From Nemertoderma westbladi (Eukaryota; Animalia; Xenacoelomorpha): a stretch of DNA of 64,000 nt. Positions 40,101 to 51,524 of this stretch are shown here, one piece after another. Location of the stretch: positions 1-64,000 of the forward strand of contig JAUCBJ010002449.1 in NCBI GenBank assembly GCA_032718475.1, written 5' to 3'. The position numbers and the translations under genes were made by a program. The notes under the pieces were generated by a model. That model saw only the letters and a list, made by a program, of their open reading frames with translations, was not told where the DNA came from and did not search any database. The first letter of the stretch is position 1, and the number at the start of each line of letters is the position of its first letter.

Positions 40101-43100
40101 GTTTAACACCTAAACCAATAAACGGGGTGTAAGTTTACCACCTAAACCAATAAACGGGGTCTAAGTTTACCACCAAAACCAATAAACGGGGTCTAAGTTT
40201 ACCACCTAAACCAATAAACGGGGTCTAAGTTTACCACCTAAACCAATAAACGGGGTCTAAGTTTACCACCTAAACCAATAAACGGGGTCTAAGTTTACCA
40301 CCTAAACCAATAAACGGGGTCTAAGTTTACCACCTAAACCAATAAACGGGGTCTAAGTTTACCTCCTAAACCCAATTAATTCTAAATTTATTAAACACAA
40401 AAAAATCAGATAATATTAAAAGGGAAATAAATCTCAATAAATAATCATGAAAAGGGTCTTACCAATGGACAGCGGGGGAAACTTGGGGGTTGATTCATCA
40501 GTTTCGTCATGGGAACTAGAAATACTATCACTATCAGTTGTATTGACAGAACTTTTATCGTCTTTGTGAGGTTTAAAAACTGCCTGTATATAAATTAATT
40601 AACATAATTAACTAGATTAATTAACTAACATATAGTTAACTAAGTTATCATAAAACATTAAAAAAAATAAAAATTTATGTAACTCTATAAATGGTATTAA
40701 TCTGTGGATTTTCACTTTTTTGTTGAATTTGATTTTATTGATATTGTTGTACCTGTACCCCCGAACATAGACCCCTTGTTTCACCGTATAACAATTATCA
40801 CACAATTACATGATCTACAGAACTAAATTAGATACACTACTCCACGTTCTTTCAGTGACCATAGTCGTAGACCAAGTACTAGCTCGGGCACCAGTCGTAT
40901 AAAGTGCTAGCTCGGGCACCAGTCGTATAAAGTACTAGCTCGGGCACCAGTCGTATAAAGTGCTAGCTCGGGCACCAGTCGTATAAAGTGCTAGCTCGGG
41001 CACCAGTCGTATAAAGTGCTAGCTCGGGCACCAGTCGTATAAAGTACTAGCTCGGGCACCAGTCGTATAAAGTGCTAGCTCGGGCACCAGTCGTATAAAG
41101 TGCTAGCTCGGGCACCAGTCGTATAAAGTGCTAGCTCGGGCACCAGTCGTATAAAGTGCTAGCTCGGGCACCAGTCGTATAAAGTGCTAGCTCGGGCACC
41201 GGTCGTATAAAGTGCTAGCTCGGGCACCAGTCGTATAAAGTGCTAGCTCGGGCACCAGTCGTATAAAGTGCTAGCTCGGGCACCGGTCGTATAAAGTGCT
41301 AGCTCGGGCACCAGTCGTATAAAGTGCTAGCTCGGGCATCGGTCGTATAAAGTGCTAGCTCGGGCACCAGTCGTATAAAGTGCTAGCTCGGCACGTTTCA
41401 GTGAGTCTTTGAGCGTAAAACAAAATATTGTAAATGGAATATTTGTGTTGTTAAATCGCGATGTATTGGATCTATCATGTGTAACTAAAACACGCAATGC
41501 CAATAGTTGTCTTATATGTTTAATGCCAATAGTTGTCTTATAGCCTAATAGATGTTTATTGTTTTGATACATTTAGTCTCAGGGAAGTTCTTCCGTGTAT
41601 CACAATAAAACTTATTATAATTAAACAATTTAAGTTGGTGCAAAAAAATGAAATAAAATATACAACTAACATTGTTGGTTTGGAATGTAACTCGAGTGTA
41701 ATTGGAATCCACCATGTCTGCGTAAACATTACAGGGGTTGTATCCAGCAGATAGTAACGTCCGCCAATAACACAAAAGGTCCAGTTTAGAGAAGTTCTGA
41801 TTCGCTTTCTCTCCACAAAGTTCAAGAAATAACCTATAAATAGAAAAGCTAAGAGATACACAACAGAACCACCCGATAATGTTGTACAGATCGGTGCCTC
41901 TAAAGCTAAGAGATACACAACAGAACCACCCGATAATGTTGTACAGATCGGTGCCTCTAAAGCTAAGAGATACACAACAGAACCACCCGATAATGTTGTA
42001 CAGATCGGTGCCTCTAAAGCTAAGAGATACACAACAGAACCACCCGATAATGTTGTACAGATCGGTGCCTCTAAAGCTAAGAGATACACAACAGAACCAC
42101 CCGATAATGTTGTACAGATCGGTGCCTCTAAAGCTAAGAGATACACAACAGAACCACCCGATAATGTTGTACAGATCGGTGCCTCTATCTCTAAGAGATA
42201 CACAACAGAACCACCCGATAATGTTGTACAGATCGGTGCCTATAAAGCTAAGAGATACACAACAGAACCACCCGATAATGTTGTACAGATCGGTGCCTCT
42301 AAAGCTAAGAGATACACAACAGAACCACCCGATAATGTTGTACAGATCGGTGCCTCTAAAGCTAAGAGATACACAACAGAACCACCCGATAATGTTGTAC
42401 AGATCGGTGCCTCTAAAGCTAAGAGATACACAACAGAACCACCCGATAATGTTGTACAGATCGGTGCCTCTAAAGCTAAGAGATACACAACAGAACCACC
42501 CGATAATGTTGTACAGATCGGTGCCTCTAAAGCTAAGAGATACACAACAGAACCACCCGATAATGTTGTACAGATCGGTGCCTCTAAAGCTAAGAGATAC
42601 ACAACAGAACCACCCGATAATGTTGTACAGATCGGTGCCTCTAAAGCTAAGAGATACACAACAGAACCACCCGATAATGTTGTACAGATCGGTGCCTCTA
42701 AAGCTAAGAGATACACAACAGAACCACCCGATAATGTTGTACGTACAGATCGGTGCCTCTAAAGCTAAGAGATACACAACAGAACCACCCGATAATGTTG
42801 TACAGATCGGTGCCTCTAAAGCTAAGAGATACACAACAGAACCACCCGATAATGTTGTACAGATCGGTGCCTCTATCTCTAAGAGATACACAACAGAACC
42901 ACCCGATAATGTTGTACAGATCGGTGCCTCTAAAGCTAAGAGATACACAACAGAACCACCCGATAATGTTGTACAGATCGGCGCCTCTAAAGCTAAGAGA
43001 TACACAACAGAACCACCCGATAATGTTGTACAGATCGGTGCCTCTAAAGCTAAGAGATACACAACAGAACCACCCGATAATGTTGTACAGATCGGTGCCT

Positions 43101-46100
43101 CTATCTCTAACAGATACACAACAGAACCACCCGATAATGTTGTACAGATCGGTGCCTCTATAGCTAAGAGATACACAACAGAACCACCCGATAATGTTGT
43201 ACAGATCGGTGCCTCTAAAGCTAAGAGATACACAACAGAACCACCCGATAATGTTGTACAGATCGGTGCCTCTATAGCTAAGAGATACACAACAGAACCA
43301 CCCGATAATGTTGTACAGATCGGTGCCTCTATCTCTAAGAGATACACAACAGAACCACCCGATAATGTTATACAGATCGGTGCCTCTAAAGCTAAGAGAT
43401 ACACAACAGAACCACCCGATAATGTTGTACAGATCGGTGCCTCTAAAGCTAAGAGATACACAACAGAACCACCCGATAATGTTGTACAGATCGGTGCCTC
43501 TAAAGCTAAGAGATACACAACAGAACCACCCGATAATGTTGTACAGATCGGTGCCTCTAAAGCTAAGAGATACACAACAGAACCACCCGATAATGTTGTA
43601 CAGATCGGTGCCTCTAAAGCTAAGAGATACACAACAGAACCACCCGATAATGTTGTACAGATCGGTGCCTCTATCTCTAAGAGATACACAACAGAACCAC
43701 CCGATAATGTTGTACAGATCGGTGCCTCTAAAGCTAAGAGATACACAACAGAACCACCCGATAATGTTGTACAGATCGGTGCCTCTATAGCTAAGAGATA
43801 CACAGCAGAACCACCCGATAATGTTGTACAGATCGGTGCCTCTAAAGCTAAGAGATACACAACAGAACCACCCGATAATGTTGTACAGATCGGTGCCTCT
43901 AAAGCTAAGAGATACACAACAGAACCACCCGATAATGTTGTACAGATCGGTGCCTCTAAAGCTAAGAGATACACAACAGAACCACCCGATAATGTTGTAC
44001 AGATCGGTGCCTCTAAAGCTAAGAGATACACAACAGAACCACCCGATAATGTTGTACAGATCGGTGCCTCTAAAGCTAAGAGATACACAACAGAACCACC
44101 CGATAATGTTGTACAGATCGGTGCCTCTAAAGCTAAGAGATACACAACAGAACCACCCGATAATGTTGTACAGATCGGTGCCTCTATAGCTAAGAGATAC
44201 ACAACAGAACCACCCGATAATGTTGTACAGATCGGTGCCTCTAAAGCTAAGAGATACACAACAGAACCACCCGATAATGTTGTACAGATCGGTGCCTCTA
44301 AAGCTAAGAGATACACAACAGAACCACCCGATAATGTTGTACAGATCGGTGCCTCTATAGCTAAGAGATACACAACAGAACCACCCGATAATGTTGTACA
44401 GATCGGTGCCTCTATAGCTAAGAGATACACAACAGAACCACCCGATAATGTTGTACAGATCGGTGCCTCTATCTCTAAGAGATACACAACAGAACCACCC
44501 GATAATGTTGTACAGATCGGTGCCTCTATCTCTAAGAGATACAAAACAGAACCACCCGATAATGTTGTACAGATCGGTGCCTCTAAAGCTAAGAGATACA
44601 CAACAGAACCACCCGATAATGTTGTACAGATCGGTGCCTCTATCTCTAAGAGATACACAACAGAACCACCCGATAATGTTGTACAGATCGGTGCCTCTAT
44701 AGCTAAGAGATACACAACAGAACCACCCGATAATGTTGTACAGATCGGTGCCTCTAAAGCTAAGAGATACACAACAGAACCACCCGATAATGTTGTACAG
44801 ATCGGTGCCTCTATCTCTAAGAGATACACAACAGAACCACCCGATAATGTTGTACAGATCGGTGCCTCTATCTCTAAGAGATACACAACAGAACCACCCG
44901 ATAATGTTGTACAGATCGGCGCCTCTATAGCTAAGAGATACACAACAGAACCACCCGATAATGTTGTACAGATCGGTGCCTCTATCTCTAAGAGATACAC
45001 AACAGAACCACCCGATAATGTTGTACAGATCGGTGCCTCTATAGCTAAGAGATACACAACAGAACCACCCGATAATGTTGTACAGATCGGTGCCTCTAAA
45101 GCTAAGAGATACACAACAGAACCACCCGATAATGTTGTACAGATCGGTGCCTCTATCTCTAAGAGATACACAACAGAACCACCCGATAATGTTGTACAGA
45201 TCGGTGCCTCTATCTCTAAGAGATACACAACAGAACCACCCGATAATGTTGTACAGATCGGTGCCTCTATAGCTAAGAGATACACAACAGAACCACCCGA
45301 TAATGTTGTACAGATCGGTGCCTCTAAAGCTAAGAGATACACAACAGAACCACCCGATAATGTTGTACAGATCGGTGCCTCTAAAGCTAAGAGATACACA
45401 ACAGAACCACCCGATAATGTTGTACAGATCGGTGCCTCTATAGCTAAGAGATACACAACAGAACCACCCGATAATGTTGTACAGATCGGTACCTCTGTCT
45501 CTAAGAGATACACAACAGAACCACCCGATAATGTTGAACAGATCGGTGCCTCTAAAGCTAAGAGATACACAACAGAACCACCCGATAATGTTGTACAGAT
45601 CGGTGCCTCTAAAGCTAAGAGATACACAACAGAACCACCCGATAATGTTGTACAGATCGGTGCCTCTATCTCTAAGAGATACACAACAGAACCACCCGAT
45701 AATGTTGTACAGATCGGTGCCTCTATAGCTAAGAGATACACAACAGAACCACCCGATAATGTTGTACAGATCGGTGCCTCTAAAGCTAAGAGATACACAA
45801 CAAAACCACCCGATAATGTTGTACAGATCGGTGCCTCTAAAGCTCTAAGAGATACACAACAGAACCACCCGATAATGTTGTACAGATCGGTGCCTCTAAA
45901 GCTAAGAGATACACAACAGAACCACCCGATAATGTTGTACAGATCGGTGCCTCTAAAGCTAAGAGATACACAACAGAACCACCCGATAATGTTGTACAGA
46001 TCGGCGCCTCTATAGCTAAGAGATACACAACAGAACCACCCGATAATGTTGTACAGATCGGTGCCTCTATCTCTAAGAGATACACAACAGAACCACCCGA

Positions 46101-49034
46101 TAATGTTGTACAGATCGGTGCCTCTAAAGCTAAGAGATACACAACAGAACCACCCGATAATGTTGTACAGATCGGTGCCTCTAAAGCTAAGAGATACACA
46201 ACAGAACCACCCGATAATGTTGTACAGATCGGTGCCTCTATCTCTAAGAGATACACAACAGAACCACCCGATAATGTTGTACAGATCGGTGCCTCTAAAG
46301 CTAAGAGATACACAACAGAACCACCCGATAATGTTGTACAGATCGGTGCCTCTATCTCTAAGAGATACACAACAGAACCACCCGATAATGTTGTACAGAT
46401 CGGTGCCTCTATAGCTAAGAGATACACAACAGAACCACCCGATAATGTTGTACAGATCGGTGCCTCTAAAGCTAAGAGATACACAACAGAACCACCCGAT
46501 AATGTTGTACAGATCGGTGCCTCTAAAGCTAAGAGATACACAACAGAACCACCCGATAATGTTGTACAGATCGGTGCCTCTATCTCTAAGAGATACACAA
46601 CAGAACCACCCGATAATGTTGTACAGATCGGTGCCTCTATAGCTAAGAGATACACAACAGAACCACCCGATAATGTTGTACAGATCGGTGCCTCTAAAGC
46701 TAAGAGATACACAACAGAACCACCCGATAATGTTGTACAGATCGGTGCCTCTAAAGCTAAGAGATACACAACAGAACCACCCGATAATGTTGTACAGATC
46801 GGTGCCTCTAAAGCTAAGAGATACACAACAGAACCACCCGATAATGTTGTACAGATCGGTGCCTCTAAAGCTAAGAGATACACAACAGAACCACCCGATA
46901 ATGTTGTACAGATCGGTGCCTCTAAAGCTAAGAGATACACAACAGAACCACCCGATAATGTTGTACAGATCGGTGCCTCTAAAGCTAAGAGATACACAAC
47001 AGAACCACCCGATAATGTTGTACAGATCGGTGCCTCTATCTCTAAGAGATACACAACAGAACCACCCGATAATGTTGTACAGATCGGTGCCTCTAAATCT
47101 AAGAGATACACAACAAAACCACCCGATAATGTTGTACAGATCGGCGCCTCTATAGCTAAGAGATACACAACAGAACCACCCGATAATGTTGTACAGATCG
47201 GTGCCTCTATAGCTAAGAGATACACAACAGAACCACCCGATAATGTTGTACAGATCGGTGCCTCTATAGCTAAGAGATACACAACAGAACCACCCGATAA
47301 TGTTGTACAGATCGGTGCCTCTAAAGCTAAGAGATACACAACAGAACCACCCGATAATGTTGTACAGATCGGTGCCTCTAAAGCTAAGAGATACACAACA
47401 GAACCACCCGATAATGTTGTACAGATCGGTGCCTCTATAGCTAAGAGATACACAACAGAACCACCCGATAATGTTGTACAGATCGGTGCCTCTAAAGCTA
47501 AGAGATACACAACAGAACCACCCGATAATGTTGTACAGATCGGTGCCTCTAAAGCTAAGAGATACACAACAGAACCACCCGATAATGTTGTACAGATCGG
47601 TGCCTCTAAAGCTAAGAGATACACAACAGAACCACCCGATAATGTTGTACAGATCGGTGCCTCTAAAGCTAAGAGATACACAACAGAACCACCCGATAAT
47701 GTTGTACAGATCGGTGCCTCTAAAGCTAAGAGATACACAACAGAACCACCCGATAATGTTGTACAGATCGGTACCTCTATCTCTAAGAGATACACAACAG
47801 AACCACCCGATAATGTTGTACAGATCGGTGCCTCTAAAGCTAAGAGATACACAACAGAACCACCCGATAATGTTGTACAGATCGGTGCCTCTAAAGCTAA
47901 GAGATACACAACAGAACCACCCGATAATGTTGTACAGATCGGTGCCTCTAAAGCTAAGAGATACACAACAGAACCACCCGATAATGTTGTACAGATCGGT
48001 GCCTCTAAAGCTAAGAGATACACAACAGAACCACCCGATAATGTTGTACAGATCGGTGCCTCTAAAGCTAAGAGATACACAACAGAACCACCCGATAATG
48101 TTGTACAGATCGGTGCCTCTATCTCTAAGAGATACACAACAGAACCACCCGATAATGTTGTACAGATCGGTGCCTCTATAGCTAAGAGATACACAACAGA
48201 ACCACCCGATAATGTTGTACAGATCGGTGCCTCTAAAGCTAAGAGATACACAACAGAACCACCCGATAATGTTGTACAGATCGGTGCCTCTATCTCTAAG
48301 AGATACACAACAGAACCACCCGATAATGTTGTACAGATCGGTGCCTCTAAAGCTAAGAGATACACAACAGAACCACCCGATAATGTTGTACAGATCGGTG
48401 CCTATAAAGCTAAGAGATACACAACAGAACCACCCGATAATGTTGTACAGATCGGTGCCTCTAAAGCTAAGAGATACACAACAGAACCACCCGATAATGT
48501 TGTACAGATCGGTGACTCTAAAGCTAAGAGATACACAACAGAACCACCCGATAATGTTGTACAGATTGGTGCCTCTAAAGCTAAGAGATACACAACAGAA
48601 CCACCCGATAATGTTGTACAGATCGGTGCCTCTAAAGCTAAGAGATACACAACAGAACCACCCGATAATGTTGTACAGATCGGTGCCTCTATCTCTAAGA
48701 GATACACAACAGAACCACCCGATAATGTTGTACAGATCGGTGCCTCTATCTCTAAGAGATACACAACAGAACCACCCGATAATGTTGTACAGATCGGTGC
48801 CTCTATATGGGTATGACTACTTCTGGACGCCTTACCTGGGTTCCGAGACCGCTCTACATAGACCCACGTAGTCGCCACTCCGCTGACATTGCCATGGTAA
48901 CTCCTGGGATTTACGGCCAGTCGCCTCCCGTTGTTGCCAATAGTAACGGGCAATATATAGATGGTAGGATTGGGTCTGTTGCCCTGGTGACACATCAGTG
49001 CAAGAAACTGGAGAATCGCTTGATGTAAGAATAC
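10054..49034 (-). CDS. Spliced partial gene (9 exons, about 1421 nt, about 473 aa): TTC41/nephrocystin-3-like TPR protein; both ends lie outside the window
   Basis: All eight internal introns are GT-AG and phase-compatible, giving one open frame. An ELPW/DLL.YW region is followed by TPR repeats. Family assignment is by motif recognition only. Confidence 0.8.
10462..10611 (-). CDS. Host gene coding exon 8, TPR repeat SRMMDWYKSSKYFQLALEAREKWYGLSHPLVAEVLNDFAGML
   Basis: Acceptor ttttattag| (an in-frame alternative 6 nt inside gives a start at 10605), donor CA|gtgagt. Phases match both neighbours. Motif AL..RE...G..HP.VA..LN. Confidence 0.9.
10640..12928. repeat. Degenerate 14-bp minisatellite (GGACACAGACACCC), about 160 units, filling intron 10612-12977
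   Basis: Direct periodicity with AC-dinucleotide slippage variants. Confidence 0.97.
12978..13128 (-). CDS. Host gene coding exon 7 (GLLLDRLGNMKIHSRCYLDAQYLLRKAQECLDNAWSTPAKATAHYHIGILR)
   Basis: Acceptor tttacctttatag|GT, donor CG|gttagt. Phase 1 in, phase 2 out, matching exons 6 and 8. TPR-like helices. Confidence 0.88.
13125..31429 (-). repeat. 22-bp satellite, about 830 copies, each a copy of the exon-7 3' splice acceptor
   Basis: Minus-strand unit GTTTACTTATTTACCCTTAYAG. The terminal copy runs directly into the exon (AG|GTTTGCTG). Confidence 0.97.
31430..32096. other. Unique CpG-rich segment between two arrays, possible decayed LTR or TE fragment
   Basis: More GC- and CpG-rich than the host's AT-rich unique intron DNA. 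Starts CGTTACA, resembling an LTR TGTTAC start. No ORF, and not needed for exon phase continuity. Confidence 0.3.
32097..34472. repeat. 14-bp near-perfect minisatellite (TACTGTATCCGAGT), about 170 copies
   Basis: Direct periodicity. The TAAGGTATCC variant is clustered at about 32855-33285. Confidence 0.98.
34551..34743 (-). CDS. Host gene coding exon 6 (QTDRDLDSLKLLCGVQESLGDLHLSLLNTDIAEQWY...EETK)
   Basis: Acceptor ttaacttgtacag|, donor AAG|gttatt. Phase 0 in, phase 1 out. G+GT gives Gly with exon 7 across a 21.4-kb intron. Confidence 0.85.
34828..34875 (-). other. Possible tRNA-derived (SINE-like) remnant with a B-box/T-arm
   Basis: Minus strand reads ...GGTACTGGGTTCGAACCCCA. No complete cloverleaf seen. 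Confidence 0.25.
35020..35162 (-). CDS. Host gene coding exon 5 (DGNKSLSDLTQVENIKLSFYAGQLLAELGYLSQSEEMFSLAYHQITQ)
   Basis: Acceptor gttttgttttag|, donor CAG|gtatat. Open frame, phase 1 in, phase 0 out. Not in the ORF track; translated by hand. Confidence 0.87.
35509..35664 (-). CDS. Host gene coding exon 4 (GKLRPRSASFPLEVIKEYEDASQSAASQRSLSIQSESVCLSADQPLVDNRN)
   Basis: Acceptor tttattggtttag|GA, donor G|gtttgt. Phase 1/1 and open. Its first 19 nt are part of the adjacent repeat unit. Confidence 0.8.
35646..40372 (-). repeat. 32-bp minisatellite, about 147 copies, unit = 13 nt of acceptor plus the first 19 nt of exon 4
   Basis: Minus-strand unit GWGGTAAACTTAGACCCCG-TTTATTGGTTTAG. The exon begins GAGGTAAACTTAGACCCCG. 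Confidence 0.96.
40463..40583 (-). CDS. Host gene coding exon 3 (AVFKPHKDDKSSVNTTDSDSISSSHDETDESTPKFPPLSI)
   Basis: Acceptor tttatatacag|, donor TTG|gtaaga. Phase 0 in, phase 1 out. Low-complexity linker. Confidence 0.82.
40874..41394. repeat. 28-bp minisatellite (AGTGCTAGCTCGGGCACCAGTCGTATAA), about 18 copies
   Basis: Direct periodicity. Bracketed by the direct repeat TTTCAGTGA at 40850-40858 and 41396-41404. Confidence 0.95.
41671..41833 (-). CDS. Host gene coding exon 2 (RLFLELCGEKANQNFSKLDLLCYWRTLLSAGYNPCNVYADMV...)
   Basis: Acceptor ttttctatttatag|, donor AAT|gttagt. Phase 2 in, phase 0 out. The DLL.YW motif is typical of the post-NACHT region of NPHP3/TTC41/NWD-type proteins. Confidence 0.88.
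41846..48806. repeat. 57-bp minisatellite, about 122 copies, filling almost all of intron 41834-48835
   Basis: Unit AAGCTAAGAGATACACAACAGAACCACCCGATAATGTTGTACAGATCGGTGCCTCTA with AAG/TAG/TCT variants. A 4-bp insertion at about 42740 and a 2-bp insertion at about 45844. Confidence 0.98.
48836..49034 (-). CDS. Host gene coding exon 1 in window (…YHLYIARYYWQQREATGRKSQELPWQCQRSGDYVGLCRAVSEPR)
   Basis: Acceptor ttggttccag|, donor CAG|gtaagg. AG+G gives Arg joining to LFLELC. H...A.Y....R...ELPW motif of NACHT-associated NPHP3/TTC41/TEP1-like proteins. Confidence 0.88.
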
Positions 49035-49062
49035 CTGGAACCAATTAATTAATAAAGATAAA

Positions 49063-51524
49063 GGAAACAGGGTGGGAGGGTTTACTGTAGAAGATCACCC
49101 ATGGTGGTGAAGAGCCATTCCTTTAGGAAACAGAGCGGAAGGGTTTACTGTGGAAGATCACCGATGGTGGTGAACAGGCATTCCTTTGGGAAACAGAGTG
49201 GAAGGGTTTACTGTGGAAGATCACCCATGGTGGTGAAGAGCCATTCCTTTAGGAAACAGAGCGGAAGGGTTTACCGTGGAAGAAAGATCACCCATGGTGG
49301 TGAACAGACATTCCTTTAGGAAACAGAGCGCAAGGGTTTACTGTGGAAGATCACCCAGGGTGGTGAAGAGGCATTCTTTTAGGAAACAGAGCGGAAGGGT
49401 TTACTGTGGAAGATCACCTATGGTGGTGAACAGGCATTCCTTTGGGAAACAGAGTGGAAGGGTTTACTGTGGAAGATCACCCATGGTGGTGAAGAGCCAT
49501 TCCTTTAGGAAACAGAGCGGAAGGGTTTACTGTGGAAGATCACCTATGGTGGTGAAGAGGCATTCCTTTAGGAAACAGAGCGGAGGGGTTTACTGTGGAA
49601 GATCACCCAGGATGGTGAAGAGGCATTCCTTTAGGAAACAGAGTGGAAGGGTTTACTGTGGAAGATGACCCATGGTGGTTAACAGGCATTCCTTTAGGAA
49701 ACAGAGTTGAAGGGTTTACTGTGGAAGATCACCCATGGTGGTGAACAGGCATTCCTTAAGGAAACAGAGTGGAAGGGTTTACTATGGAAGATCACCCATG
49801 GTGGTGAACAGGCAATCCTTTAGGAAACAGAGCGGAAGGGTTTACTGTGGAAGATCACCCATGGTGGTGAACAGACATTCCTTTAGGAAACAGAGTGGAA
49901 GGGTTTACTGTGGAAGAAAGATCACCCATGGTGGTGAACAGGCGTTCCTTTAGGAAACAGAGCGGAAGGGTTTACTGTGGAAGATCACCTATGGTGGTGA
50001 ACAGGCATTCCTCTAGGAAACAGAGTGAAAGGGTTTACTGTGGAAGATCACCCATGGTGGTGAACAAACATTCCTTTAGGAAACAGAGCGGAAGGGTTTA
50101 CTGTGGAAGATCACCTATGGTGGTGAACAGGCATTCCTTCGGGAAACAGAGTGGAAGGGTTTGCTGTTGAAGATCACCCATGGTGGTGAACAAACATTCC
50201 TTTAGGAAACAGAGTGGAAGGGTTTACTGTGGAAGATCACCCATGGTGGTGAACAGACATTCCTTTAGGAAACAGAGTGGAAGGGTTTACTGTGGAAGAT
50301 CACCGATGGTGGTGAACAGACATTCCTTTAGGAAACAGAGTGGAAGGGTTTACTGTGGAAGATCACCGATGGTGGTGAACAGACATTCCTTTAGGAAACA
50401 GAGTGGAAGGGTTTACTGTGGAAGAAAGATCACCCATGGTGGTGAACAGGCATTCCTTTAGGAAACAGAGTTGAAGGGTTTACTGTGGAAGATCACCCAT
50501 GGTGGTGAACAGGCATTCCTTAAGGAAACATAGTGGAAGGGTTTACTATGGAAGATCACCCATGGTGGTGAACAGGCAATCCTTTAGGAAACAGAGCGGA
50601 AGGGTTTACTGTGGAAGATCACCCATGGTGGTGAACAGACATTCCTTTAGGAAACAGAGTGGAAGGGTTTACTGTGGAAGAAAGATCACCCATGGTGGTG
50701 AACAGGCGTTCCTTTAGGAAACAGAGCGGAAGGGTTTACTGTGGAAGATCACCTATGGTGGTGAACAGGCATTCCTCTAGGAAACAGAGTGAAAGGGTTT
50801 ACTGTGGAAGATCACCCATGGTGGTGAACAAACATTCCTTTAGGAAACAGAGCGGAAGGGTTTACTGTGGAAGATCACCTATGGTGGTGAACAGGCATTC
50901 CATCGGGAAAGAGTGGAAGGGTTTGCTGTTGAAGATCACCCATGGTGGTGAACAAACATTCCTTTAGGAAACAGAGTGGAAGGGTTTACTGTGGAAGATC
51001 ACCCATGGTGGTGAACAGACATTCCTTTAGGAAACAGAGTGGAAGGGTTTACTGTGGTAGATCACCGATGGTGGTGAACAGACATTCCTTTAGGAAACAG
51101 AGTGGAAGGGTTTACTGTGGAAGATCACCGATGGTGGTGAACAGACATTCCTTTAGGAAACAGAGTGGAAGGGTTTACTGTGGAAGAAAGATCACCCAAG
51201 GTGGTAAACAGGCATTCCTTTAGGAAACAGAGTGGAAGGGTTTACTGTGGAAGATCACCGATGGTGGTGAACAGGCATTCCTTTAGGAAACAGAGTGGAA
51301 GGGTTTACTGTGGAAGATCACCGATGGTGGTGAACAGGCATTCCTTAAGGAAACAGAGTGGAAGGGTTTACTATGGAAGATCACCCATGGTGGTGAACAG
51401 GCAATCCTTTAGGAAACAGAGCGGAAGGGTTTACTGTGGAAGATCACCCATGGTGGCTGAAGAGGCATTCCTTTAGGAAACAGAGTGGAAGGGTTTACTG
51501 TGGAAGATCACCGATGGTGGTGAA
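49063..51524. repeat. 63-bp minisatellite, about 39 copies, interrupted by the retrotransposon
   Basis: Unit GGAAACAGAGYGGAAGGGTTTACTGTGGAAGATCACCCATGGTGGTGAACAGGCATTCCTTTA. Stops mid-unit at GGTGAA|TGTTAG. Confidence 0.97.

Noticed and set aside
41545-48995. 1417-, 1378- and 842-aa repeat ORFs
   Set aside because: Produced by the 57-bp (3n) unit. Only the non-repetitive exon portions are credible, and the array lies within a GT-AG intron.
7681-51524. CRISPR-like arrays
   Set aside because: Units are head-to-tail with no unique spacers, there are no cas genes, and the context is a spliceosomal gene.
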